Shown here piece after piece: positions 49,231 through 62,210 of a stretch of 64,000 bases of DNA (the stretch's first letter is position 1; every line of letters begins with the position of its first letter). The translations under genes were made by a program, and so were the position numbers. Source of the DNA: Cystobasidiomycetes sp. EMM_F5 (taxonomy: Eukaryota); assembly GCA_051047955.1 (NCBI GenBank), contig JBPGPT010000008.1, positions 186,001-250,000 of the forward strand, given 5' to 3'. The notes under the pieces are model-generated. The model did no database searches. It was not told the origin of the DNA and saw nothing but the letters and a program-made list of their open reading frames with translations.

Positions 49231-51449
49231 TCATGATGACGGCAACGGCCACTCTTTCCTGGCATACTCGCCCAGCAGCTCATTCGCCTTGAGGTGCGAA
49301 TACAGACCAACGTCTGCTCGGGTGTACCTCCTCCCGTCTCCACAGAGCGCATTCAGCGCTTGCAGGACGAGAGGGGCAATGAATTCCTGTGTTTAGTCGT
49401 AGCTCGGCATCAGTTCACCCTCTCCTTCCCTGCGTCAACTGCCGCGACGTACATAAAACACCAAGTCGACTTTATCGCCATCATTTACTCGCACACTCCC
49501 CTCTGGCCGCGTACTGAGTACAAAGTCTGGGACGTAGAATGCAGGAAGAGGTCGGTGCGGCGTATCGTCTCCGGGTGTAGGACCGCACAGATCAGCAGTC
49601 ACATAGCCGTACGTGACCTTGTCTCTTTCTTGTGCTTGTTGGAGAAATGTCTTGTGCCGTTCATCTTGTGAGACTAGACTCGGCCCATCGAGCACGGACT
49701 GTTGATTTGAAGCCGCAAAGGCTTCTACTTCACGCCTTCTCCGCTTGAAAGTGTCCATACTGTCTCGCATGATCCTCGCATTCCGCCCATCATCTTCTCC
49801 GCCCAACAGTTCCGGCTCTCCTTCTCTTCGATTAAGCCAAACGAGAACTCTATCCACCAGGTCCCTGTCTAGACCCTTGACATACCACATTGCATTCTCA
49901 AACGGCACAACCGCAAACTGATCATCCACTGTAAATCGTCCTTGGAAAATGTCAAATCTTGCTGCTCCCGTATTGAACAGGAACACCGGTTCTACTGCCG
50001 CGTTTTCCCGTTCTATCGGTGGTTTTAGTACAGTATAGAATACACGAGTCGCATAGAGGTTTATGAGTGATTTGGGGTGTGTGGTGGGATATCTGTTCAG
50101 ATAGTATGTCTGTGGTGCGTATCCGAATGTGTAGGAAAGGTTGAAGGAGGAAGCATACGCTGCCATCCGCGCCTTTATGCTCTTCCCGAGGGAGGTACTG
50201 AAGGAGGAATGAGTAGTGTTTGTGTGAAAAGTATACGTGGCGAGGTTGGCGTCCAGGTAGCGTCGCGTTATCTGCAAGTCGTTAGTAGCTTGGCCTGCGC
50301 CGCGAGCCAGATGAGGTAGGTACAGCGAAGTGAAGCCGACCGTCTCCATGTATCGACCGGCAGCCATGACTTGAGTGTACCGATCAAGTCGAACACAATC
50401 GCGGACGTGTGCGTGGCCAGAAAAGATGAGTCTGGTATGACAGTCAGCTAAACAAGTCCGTTAAGTGCCCATGTTATGATGGTTATTGACCTACATTGGC
50501 GTAGTCGGGTGATGTCTTCTGATGGACTTCTGAACGACCTGCCAGTCTCTATCTCGCGTTGCCATATGTCCGACTGTACGGAGTCTCGTCAGCCGTCTCC
50601 ACAAAGTCATCCAACAATGTGTACGGACATACCAAGCACAAAGACATCCGTCTTGACACTCTCATCCTGCAATGCTGCCTTCCACCAGTCCTCCTCGACC
50701 ATCTCTTTCGGACTGTGCACTTTGAGCCCAGTGTCGGGTCTGTCAAAGTTGAAGAGCACTCCGAAGGCTGTAATATTGAGCTTGAGGTTCTTTGTTGTGA
50801 GACGTGTATATCGCGACCCGAGTGGCACGTATGCAGAGTTCCCTTCTCCGCTTTCCTTCTCTACTGAATCTGTCCGGATATCCACAGGATGCCCTTCTCC
50901 GCTTTCCTTGCCCACTAAATCTCTCCGAATATACACATTCGAAGCAAGGTAACCTCCCCTAAATCTCGGCACAAACCTGTCCACCACATCCCTAGCCACC
51001 GTCACGTTGTACAGCTCATGGTTGCCCGTCGTCGTTATATCCCACCCTACATCCGCCAGCAGCTCCCTCGCTGCTCTCCCTTTGACTCGCGAAGTGTCGG
51101 CATCCACAAACCCATTCCCGTCCAGTTGGTCTCCCGCATCTACAAAGAGCAGATCTGCACCTCTCTCATCCGCAGCAGCTTGCATGTGCTCGTGGAACGA
51201 AGCGAGGTCGCCCAGGTCTGCCGAGTACAGATACTCTGGCACTGGTCGAGCAATCCCGCCCGGAGTATGTCCCCGCACCCAGCCGTGAGTGTCAGTCGTG
51301 CTGAGAATGTTGAGGTGTGACCACGGCAGCGGAGAGGAAGGGAGGGGAAGGGATGGTTGGGAATCAGCGTCATAATCATAGTGCGCGCCATTTGCCCGAG
51401 CGGCCTGGCGGATGGAGAGGCATGTCCAGAGGCATATCCGCAATATCAT
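49231..51449 (-). CDS. Secreted/vacuolar calcineurin-like metallophosphoesterase, 5'-nucleotidase family (yeast YHR202W-like)
   Basis: Signal peptide, LPWSHLNILSTTDTHGW, YSADLGD, VDAGDQLDGNG, TGNHELY, FGVLFNF, FSGHAHVRDC, GRYMETVGF, NTGAARFDIF, GYVTADLCG..GDDTPH. Confidence 0.9.
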
Positions 51450-51785
51450 GGCTGTTTGTATCAAAGAAACCAGCTCCACCCAGCATGACCTGGTTGAGTG
51501 CAGGCCAAGCCATATCCGATCAAGTCGACGTCGAGCAATGCAACCAACTTGAGTCTTTGCTTTCGTTTAATCTGAGATGATGTCCATGATGGCACACTGC
51601 GAGTGGATATTGTAGCAGCCGACGGAGGGACAAGTAGAAAACAGGTCAGTATTGCTGGTTTGCATGACGAGCTGGCTGGTTATTGTTTTGACAATCTTCA
51701 ATCAAATGACTGTTCATAACTCGTTTCCACTCACATTGTAATCACTAGCACCTCCTCATCCTCCGTCCCCTCTAATCCTGCAACA

Positions 51786-54296
51786 ATGTCGGGCTGGGAG
51801 TCTCTCGACGAACCCAGCAGGGCAGAGACGACGACAGGCAGCGGATGGGGCGAACACCTTCACAGCAGTACATCGTATCAGCAGTCATCTACCTTTCCAT
51901 ACTCCAATCCCCCATCTCCCTCGAATCATCCGATCCAGCGTGATTTTGTTCACAGCAGTGCTCGTAACACTTCAGACAATGTCAAACAAGGCGGCCATGA
52001 AATGTCGACAGGCTGGAAAGGTATACTTTCTCCATCTACAGAACGTGCAGCCTCCTCATCTCCTCGTGTGGAATCGTTCAACAAAAGTGGAGATCCTTCG
52101 GGATGGGGCGCACTGACCCCCTCGTCGAATCACAATCCCGCAAGAACGGATGTAGGGCCATCAACGCGTAGCAACATTGAAAGAGACACTACGGGTGTAT
52201 CTGCTGGGTACATGTCCCAGATCCCGCCCTTCTCGAACGGCAGAACCATGTCTATTGCAGGACGGGCAAGCATGGGGCAAGCCAATTCGGTCAGTCTTTG
52301 TCGCAATACTGTTGAATTTGCAGTCTCAGCTGAGTATGAACTGAAACTGACAGTCGCAAGCTGGTACATTTGCCTCAACTTCTCGGTCACGCGTCCATAC
52401 CCTTCTCGAAGAAGACAGTGGAGATCCACCTCAAACATCCACATCAACCCATCGAGCTCCAGCTAGTGTATCCAGCGGGCATCCAAACGAGCATCGTGTG
52501 GATGAGAGGAATGGCGAGCGAGACTTCAACACTGGATCTCGCTGCATAAGTGTAAGCCGGTCGTCCTGCATATGACCATACGACGGCGGAATCTAATGCT
52601 GCTGTCTAATACAACAGCGCGAGCCTTCTGACTCCAACATCAATACCAAACAAGAGCAAGACTTTATCAAAGTGAGTCACTTTCGACCTCGCTGAGGTTG
52701 TGCGGAAGGTCTGTGCTCACGAATTCTCTTGGGTCCGTTATTTCCATCAAAGTCGTATGCTGCTGGCGATCCTACCGAATCAGGCAGACAATCTGGACGC
52801 ATAGACTCTGGATGGATCGATGGTGTACGTTCTCGTTTGAAGATCTCTGTCCAGGGTACTCCGCACGGCCTGACCAACAACCACTATCTCTCACAGTCTG
52901 ATATCCGATCGCTTACTTCTCGTGTCCATGATGATGACTACATCAAGCCTACTTCTACTGTACATAGAGAAGGACGAATCATCATCGATGGTCTAGGTAC
53001 CGTACGTCTTTTCGCGTGCCTACTTCGCCAAAGAACCACTCTGACATGTGCCTTGTCATGCGATAGAGAGGTCCTCCTTCTCCAGAAGGATTACGAGGTG
53101 TCTCTGCCTCAAAATGGGCAGAGCCTACTGACGCCAACGGGAACGGCAATGGGTATGGTAACGGGAGACCAACTTCCCGCTCACCTAACTTTAGTCGAGC
53201 ACTCCATCATGCCGCTCCACCTGCGTCTGCATCAGGCTGGGGCGGTATGGAAGATATTACGAACGATTTGCAAAAGACGACACTGAGAGACACCGAACTG
53301 GATGATCGCAAGCAGACCGCCCCAGCCGCAAGAGGTGGATGGGGAGATTTAGATACCCAATCTCCATCTCAGGAAGCTCGAAGTGGAAGCGCACATCCTA
53401 TTGCAGCTAATGCTCCTACTTCTGGGTCTGGATGGGCAGCATTAGACTCAAACAAACCCCCACACCATCCTTCACACTCTGCTTCAAATTATTCTGAACC
53501 CGTCGATGCTGCCGCGAACAGCGGAGGATGGGGCGCTCTTTCCAACCCATCCACTTCTATTCAAACCCCAAATGATAACTTCCGTAACGGTTGGCATGGT
53601 ACCGACAGTACAAATGCCAATGGATGGGGCGCTCTAGACAGCCGTGGACCAAACAATGCTAGGTCTACGTATAGCGAGAGAGACGAAGGTCAGGGATCAG
53701 GGTATGGACTATCGAATGGAGGGTACGGAAATGGGTATGGAAACGGTTCTGGATCGAACGGGTACAGTAATTCAGAACGCCCTCGTGACAATGGATGGGG
53801 TTCACGGTCATCGGCAAACGAAGCAATGCAAGGGGCCAACGGTCATGGAAGTGGAGCATCCCGTGATAGTGGGTGGGGCGGAGCAGCTCGCAGTACTGCA
53901 GGAGCAGGCGCAGGCTACGGAGGAAGTTACCAGGATGCCCCGACCGACAGACCGAGAGATAATGGCTGGGGTTTGAGAGCAGGCGGTGCATCGAGTTCTG
54001 GGGCATACGGATGCGACAATGGCCCTTCTCGTTCTCTTGGCGGAGGCTACGGAGGAGGCAGCTACGGAGGGTATGCAAGTAGTGTAGGCGGTGGAATGGG
54101 CACCGGTGTCAACCAGATACCACTTCGCGACAACCGCTGGGCTCGAAATGCGCAATCTGGTCAGGGACAGTTTCAAGGTCATTTTCAGGGACAAGGTCAA
54201 GGACAAGGACAAGGCTACGGTAGCGTGAATGGATACTACAACGACGGACGGGGCGCTGTACGTCAGCCTGCTCACGTTCCAGGCAGCGGGTGGTGA
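51786..54296 (+). CDS. Intrinsically disordered GW-repeat protein (candidate Argonaute-hook protein)
   Basis: About 5 GT-AG introns join ORFs 51786-, 52729- and 53247-54296. About 15 GW dipeptides in S/G/N-rich sequence. No globular domain seen. Confidence 0.75.
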
Positions 54297-54499
54297 GGGA
54301 GTGAAAGCGGAGACGATATCCTTGCAAGGGATCGGCTGATTGAGTGAGAGGAAGCCAGCCAGCGTCAGCGTACGTGTCCTGTTGTTGGGATGAATGAGTC
54401 GCTCGTCATTGAAGCCATTAATTGTATCAACTCTGCCAATTTACGCCCAATCTTTGCCGTTCTTTCTTTCATTCTCTCTCTCGCCCAACCTTGACAAAC

Positions 54500-55815
54500 A
54501 TGAGCGAGCGATTCCTGAGCTCTGGCGTGTCCGAGGTCGAGTTTACCAAGAAGCACATTGCTGGGCTGAGCAGCGTGCCCGGTGGAGCAGAGTACAACCG
54601 CGACTTCAGCCTCGACGCTGGGGAGCGCGACCGCAAGATTCCAGTGGTCCAGGCGGGGCATATACTATGGATTATAATGTAAAGTATACGCTAATCTGGT
54701 TGTGATTTTCAAAACAGATTCCAGTAGCCAGACCGCCAGATGTCGGGTCTTCGTTGTCGCCAGCCTCAGCTTCAGGCCTCACTCTGACGGTCAAGTCGCT
54801 CAAACCACCGCTCTCGTTCAGCATACTCTGCAGCCCAACAGCGTCCATCGCATCCCTCAAGGCTCAGCTCCACGGCGAAAACAGCGCCAGAGGTGCCCCA
54901 GAACCAGAACGGCAGCGCTGGCTGTACAAGGGCAAGGCGATGGCAGACGAGCGGCTGTTGAAGGAGTACGATGGACTCAAGGACGGCGAGACTGTCCATC
55001 TCGCAATCAAGGCCGCCGTAGAGGCAGCCCCGGTACCGTCGTCGTCGACGCCGTCGTCAGCGTCAACGCCCACGCCCACGCCTGCGACAAACACCGCCAA
55101 CAATGCCAAACCCAAAGCGCCATTCAGTTTCACACCTTCTACCCTATCCTCCGAGATGCCGCCCCCAGCCGCATCACGTACACGGACGACCTCGTCGACC
55201 TCCCTTTCTAGCAGCGTCCGAGGGGCTGGAGCGCACTCTCGCGTACCCAGTATCACTCTCACCACAGACATGAGCAACTTCAACCACCTCGCAGGTAATG
55301 CGACTTCTCCGATTGACGGAAACTTCAGTCCAGGTGTACCCATGGCCACTTCTCCCGTTCCTGCCTACTCGCCAGACATTGCACACAGCGGCGCAACCGG
55401 TGCAAGTGGAGGCGTGTCGGGCGCAAGTACTCCTCGATCCACTCCAGGTACACCGTCAGGAATAGGTCGCCAGAAATCGCCAAGCATCTCTGTCCAGCTC
55501 GATCTAGACAATATCGAAATGATGAATCCCGTTTCATCGGATCGTAAACATCCCGTCGGTCTTTCTACAAAGTTTATCGGGACAATGAAGGACCCGCAAA
55601 CGTGGAGTGATGTGCTCTCATTCCTCGACGGCAAGTTCAAAGCGGAAAAGGCGGCAGGTGATGCACCCGGTATCCTAGACGGAAACGACGACTATGCAGA
55701 AGAAACAAAACAGGTATTCGAGACGTGGTTGGGCGCAAGCAAGGACTGGATGACAGCATCAGATATCGCTAGAATTCGTGATAGGACTGGTGTCTGGGCA
55801 ATGGGCGGTCGGTAG
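54500..55815 (+). CDS. Get5/Mdy2 (UBL4A)-like ubiquitin-like domain protein
   Basis: N-terminal EVEFTKKHIAGLSSVP..EYNRDF, UBL domain (LTVKSLKP...SIASLKAQL...QRWLYKGKAMADERLLKEY...TVHLAIK), C-terminal WSDVLSFLDGKF...VFETW dimerisation-like helices. Confidence 0.72.
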
Positions 55816-56178
55816 AGATCAAGCGTCGTCAGATGCTCCATGGCACCTTGCTCGAGCACAGCACGGCACTCGTTCATGCACGGTTGTTGGGACATATTCC
55901 GTAGTACAGCGCATACTCCGCTAGTCCTCTGAGTCTCAACAGCGGCCGTGCTGTTGCCAAATCAGTGCCCTCATGCTCGAATCTTAGCTCACACCACGGC
56001 TGGGCCCGGTGTGAGAGCTAAACAAGGCAATCTGCAAATTTCCTTATTTTCACGACTTTGCACGAAAGCATCGTTGTATGTGCTCTTCTTCCATGCATGC
56101 ATTCCAACGAAGATCCGATCGTAACAGTTTTTGATTTGCGAGTCATCCTGGGCACTGTCAACATGGTCTAAACTGCGA

Positions 56179-59100
56179 CTACAACTCGTCCTTCCTGTGC
56201 TCCTCGCTTGTAACTGATTGTTGAGCAGTCGTTTCCACCTTGTGGCCGCCGTCCCCTTCTTCGACAAACTCCTTTTGCTGCATGCGCGCCTGCTCTAACT
56301 GACTTGCTTCATCAGCAAAAGCATCCGCAGCGACATCACTGCCATTCATGGTTGATGCATCTCGTTCAGAATTGCTCTCCCTCGCTTGCGCACTGATTCG
56401 AGCGGCAAGGTCTGCAATCTCCTTATCGTATACTGACCACTCAGGAATCAGCCTCTTTGCCCTTGCTAGCTTTGGTTCGTGCGTCTTTGGATTATTGCAT
56501 AGGTCAATCGTCTTTGCTGTGGCTAGGCTCTCGTCGGAGCACCACGTCTCGCACCAAAGCCATGACCTATCGAGCGTGTGAATGGGGATTTGGTGCTGCA
56601 TGTTGTTTGGCAGGTCCTGGTCGAGGTTGGAGAGTGAATGAGGGTCGGCAGAGAGTGCTTGATACTGCCCTCGTAATCGGTCCCCAGCGGCCATTTGCCG
56701 GAATCGGTCGAGGTCAATCACATACAGTGCACTGATGTGATACGGTCGCCCGCGTAGGTGATCCCGCCAATAACCCTGCTTCCAGAATCGGAAACCTTCC
56801 ATCTCCTCCCTGTCGTCTCCCATTGGCGTGTATGCGTACGGCGCACCCTTCAAATCCATGTTGACCAACTCCTGGAGGTCGGTGCGCACTATTTGGTCAG
56901 AGTCGACAAAGATGACCCTATTGAGCTCGAGGGGAAAGAGGACGTCTAGAAAGAGGATTTTGTATCTGTCGCACATACATCATGCTAAGTATGACTTCCA
57001 CCGATTTGACAGAAGACACTTACCCCCAAATCGTTCTTTGCTTTTCTTTTTGACTACGCAACCAATGCGGCCATGTATAAGTAATAAGCTCATATTCAAA
57101 GTTGTATTCGCGCGCCAGCTGCGGAATGAATGCCTTGAAGGAAGGCGAAAGGAAATTGTTGATAAACCAAAATTTCACGGTGGAATTGGTGTGACGCAAA
57201 ACGGAGAGGATCATAATCATGGCCATGCGCTCATAGAGTAGCCCGGATGCCACCGTGAAGATGTTGATGTCCGCTCCTTTCTTGCTAGGCACTATCGACT
57301 GGGCGGGAATGTCGGTTGATTTGCCAAAGAAGCTTTGAAACCTGCAAGGTATGCACACTCAGCATCAACTCCCTATGGTGCTACAGCGTCGGATCCGCTG
57401 ACTTTTGCTTCAGAATTTCTGCCACCTTAGGGCCACGGGCTTGCGAAGTAGACCCCTCGTCAGTGTCCTCGTCCAGCAAATCGATGCCGTCCATTCCTGG
57501 TTTACGTTTGAAGACAGGAAAGATGGTGGCGCCTTCGAGTGTTGTGAGCGCAATCTCATCGCTACCATGATGACCAACGCTCTCGACCTCAAACACTTCC
57601 GAGGACCTGCCTTCTCGGATTGTCATATTCCACAAGCCTGGATTCGCTTTGAACTGATGATATCCAAGATTAGCCATGACGAGTGTGTCTGTAGTGTCTT
57701 TTCCATCGCTCAAGAGGAGCTGGAGACCGCGAGGCGGTCCACCAGTCTTACTCTCTTTGCCGTGACCTTCGACAATGATGTTTGATACTTCAAACAAGGC
57801 ATCGATTCCTCGCTCCCTGGCTGAAGACTTGAGATCCGATAAGCGAATATTGTCCAAATCGTGGATGGATTCTTTAGGGAATGTTTGCCAGGCTGATTGG
57901 GTATCCAGCGCGAGTGTGAGCAGAGTGGACTGAGGAACACCCATAAACTCGACGGTTGGCGTGATCTCGCTTCTACGGACAGTATGACGCTTAATCAGCT
58001 GCACATGTTAGTGCGTAGACGCTTCGCATACCCTGACGCGTCAAATGACATTTCATGAGGCATGTTGTAACGATAAAATCGCTTCAAGGGTAGCTCTTTC
58101 CGCTTGGTCAACGGGTTGAACCATAAGCGGATGGAGACTGAGCTCATCAAGGACACGGTCTACATCTTGTCTAATTAGCTGAGACGGACGGCGATGCACA
58201 ACAGACTCACCTCTAATACCGCAGACCAGGTTTGAGCAGCTTCACTGAGCGGATCAAGAATGACGCCAAATTGCAGAATGGCGGTACTCTCATCACCAAT
58301 CACTATTGAACTGTTTTTTTTAAGGCTTGGAGTCAATTCCCTCACGTAGATTGTAGAAGCATGGGCTCACGTGTAGTTTCCTGGAACGAGATTGTAATCC
58401 ATCGACCTACGCATGTTCGGCCTGGCTAGCAGGCTTCTGGCAGGTCCCGGAGAATACGCGAGCGAGATGACGGAGGTCAATTTCGCAAAGAGATCGCTGC
58501 GATACTTACATCAGCAAATCGTTCTCGCCATGACGCCGAGAACTCAATACCTTTGCACATCAGCCTGGGACAGCACCGCTGAGATGGCTTCTTGGGCGGC
58601 ACTCAGGCGCTGAGCGGACTCATACGCAATCAAGGACTCGAGCTCATCGGTGTTAAAAGCATTATCCGGCAAAGGACCCAAGACCTAGAGTAGACTCTAG
58701 AATTAGTCCGGCAGCGGCTACCCTACATGCTACGTACTCTGCCATTGATGACAATGCCATTGTCACCAGCTTTAAGCTTGATGAAGTTCGCTAATGCGTT
58801 GCCTTGGCGTCCAAATTTGTACCACTCTCCAGCAGACAGTGCGCTACCGTCATATTCTGCGTCTAGGCTGTCCCACGAAGTCGCCCACTGCAAAGGCGGA
58901 GGCCTCTTGAAAGGCGTATCCTCGGCGAAGACATCCGAAGGATTGTGAATAAGGCAAATGCGGACAGAGACACCGTGAGACTGATACTGTGATGATTAGT
59001 TTGAGAGAAACATTCTTCTACATGGGACTGGCTGCGCAACGTACTACCACTTTTCTTGCTGCAGTCGGTAGTTGTACCAAAGCTGGGGATTTGAGGTCGG

Positions 59101-61852
59101 CCAGTATCCATATCGATACCTTGGCGTCATCAACTGCATCTGCCATACTTGTCAGATGCAATGCGAATACTAGCGGGCCCTGACTCACTGCCAACACTTT
59201 CGCATTTTACAATCTTATCCACTTCCGCGATATTGACGAAGCGCAGCGGATTGGCATCAACACCTGGAAAAACCCAAGCACTTCTACGGGAATAGGTCGT
59301 CGGCAGATTGTAGAAGTAGTGGTCCACATCGTCGTCATCAAACAAGCCTCCGGAGTGGATCTGCTGTTGCAGGTGCTGCATTTGCGCCGACATTGCATTT
59401 TGCAGATTCTGCCGATATTCCTCATCCAGGATAAAGAGCTTGCCATTTACGAAGAAATGCCCGAGAGTGTCACTGTCTGGCTTATAGAGCAGTCCCAGCC
59501 TCTTGCTATAAGCATACGCTGATTCCAGCCGGCGACTGAGCTGCACAGCAATGTTTGCGTGACCACTGCTGGAGGATGTGCCCAGTATATCGGAGACAGA
59601 CAGTAATAGCGACGGCGTGTGAGACGGCTCAATACCATCATCAATCTTGACTCGTAATTTTTTGTTCCACTCGCGTGCGATTTTGGAGTAAGCAGTTGTA
59701 ACGAGAGGGATTGTTAACTCCTCTTTCTCATTACTGCCAAGCTCCCTGCTGAATGCTAGCGCCGTCGTCCTCCCTGCATGATCAACGATATACCATATGA
59801 GTTTAGCTACCGTTGTGCCTAGATGATCATATATACAGTCAGCAGTCGGACTTCACAAAGACTCGCAGGTACTTGCCAACGGTATCTTCGCTCGTGCCTG
59901 TTGGCTCAGGTAAAGCAGGAATCATGCCGAAGCGTATAGGCAAGCCTCTTGATATGAATTGGCCAATTTCGCCAGCAAGTAGCGAGTGTGTGTCACGCTT
60001 ATCGAGGCGCAAGACGAGATTCACATTGATGAGATTTCTTTTCACTTGCGGTGTCTGACCGGGATACATTGGCTGTAACAGTGCTGACAGGCTGGACGGC
60101 CAATGTCGATATCGAGAATCGCGAGCGAGATCATTCCAGTATAGGATGGGTCCGACAACGGTCTTGCCGTCAATCTCCTCGGCACCCTCTGACAGGGACG
60201 CAATAGCAGCGACTTCTATCCTGTCTGATGCATCAAACATTTCCGTTGTGGCAGACTGTCCAGGTCTGGCTGTTCGAGGATCAGTGGCCGCATCTGCATT
60301 ACCGACAGCTGGATGTGTCAGTATATCAATAGCCATCTTTGGTGTGATATCAACGTCCTTCTCGGACTTGTCGGACGAACGACCTGCAGAAATGATACTT
60401 TCGACGAGTTGTCGCTCTTTACGCATCAATCTCAAGAAAGTGAAGGGTTTCAGATCCGCTTCTTGTAATTGCTGACCATTCATGATGAATAAATTCCTGC
60501 CACCATCAATGATGGTAGATTGGGTTTCTTTCAATTCTGATATGATTCCAGGCGAAACGGCCGTGACCCAAGAAGTTGCAAGAGAATGTGCATATTTCGG
60601 AAAGTCACCAGTAAGGCGCCGCAGGGTTTGCAGAGGATTTGCCGAGTGCATGACTAGATGAGTTGCCCGAAGACCGATATCTGCAAAGACAAGCTCAGCA
60701 ACATGACAGATTCGAATCAAAAAGGGCAAGACGCACCTGCCAATTGTGACTCTTTGAGCTGCACCATCTCTTGGACAGAAACATCAAAGATACTTGCATA
60801 CTCGCCGTCTTGCCGAGGAGAATCCCGTACAAGTCGTTCGCTGCTACTTTCGGCATCTGTCTCTACACCATCAGACGCTGCGGTATCTCTATCATCGATA
60901 GTAAGGTAGTCGACCCTCTTTAGGTCCAGCGCTGCGCCGAAGCCCGAGAGAGCCAGCTTCTGCCTCCTCATATACTGAGAAGGCTTCCATCGAAGTATAT
61001 ATCGTACTTTGCCTTCATGCGCTGATTTTGATAGGATCCCGTGCAGATTTGCGAAATTAGCGGTGCTCAGATCCCCGTATAGAATTGCAACTGGCGCAGC
61101 AGCGACATAGTGTGGAAAGACATTATCAAAGTCGTAGATCTTGGATGCGGGTGTATCTCTGCCAAAAGTGTCAGACTACGTTTTACCAGCACAGCTGAAA
61201 GACTTACGAAAGGGGTCTCTCTACAGCTAGCAGTAGCGACTGCGCTGATTCATACCTGATGCCCTGATGTATCACATAGCTTTCACCGGAGTGATCACTG
61301 TCGTCTGTATCCGGCAAGTCTTCAAAGTGCCGCCTGTATAATTGATAGTGCGTCTGAATACGTGGACTTGCTTCTCGTAACGCCAGGGCCAGCTTGAGGG
61401 CGTCGATGCTTCCGTTGTGGATGTGCAGGGTATCTGCTGAATAGTGCAGTAGGTCGAGTGTCCGTGAATACGTCTGTTGGTCTGAGAGACCTGCAGCCTT
61501 AGGCTGTATGGGGGATATTGACGGAGGGGCGTGTATGATTGTATCGATGAAGGGAAAGAATGAGCGAGGGGATTCGATGGAAAGAGTTTCTCTGTGGTAT
61601 CGAGGTCAGTCATCAGCTAATAGGGGATTTCAGCAATACTTGCAATATCTGTACGAGCAGAGGTGCAGCCTCCCACGAAGCTTGAATCCTCGCTCGAATT
61701 GGCGGAGAACGCGAGTCGGGAGAAGTGTTTGGGTCATGGTTTTGGATGTTGTGGGAGTGTGGGGATGTTGCTGAGACTGGATTGCACAGGGTGACTGCGG
61801 CGGCAGTGACCAGGCACCACCATGGCCCATATGACCGCGACCGTGCACGCAT
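56179..61852 (-). CDS. UGGT: UDP-glucose:glycoprotein glucosyltransferase
   Basis: Signal peptide, [74 protein letters not shown]-terminal KDEL. Many introns. Confidence 0.97.
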
Positions 61853-62054
61853 CTTGCGAGGAGTGATCCAGCAGAATAGTCAGCGCGTGTTGCTGTTAAT
61901 GAACCATTAGTAAAATGTTAGTCCATCAGTGCGTCCATTACTAGACTACTAAACAATCCAAATCTGAAATGCACCCAGCTCGCTGAATGGACTTGGACTT
62001 GTTTCCGACAGCCCAACCTGGTCGCAAATCTGAAGACGGCACAGCGCAGTGGAC

Positions 62055-62077
62055 ACGACGACGACGACGACGACGAC
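62055..62077. repeat. (ACG)7 microsatellite in the UGGT/COP1 divergent spacer
   Basis: acgacgacgacgacgacgacgac. Confidence 0.8.
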
Positions 62078-62210
62078 AGCGGGCAACGCGACCAGGCTGC
62101 GCTAGGCTGATAATTCAAACACAAAAGACTGGCAATTGGACCCGTATTCCGCCCAGACGCGACCGAGGTATCCCCATCCAAAAGACAACGCAAAGAGCTG
62201 GTCGCCCATC

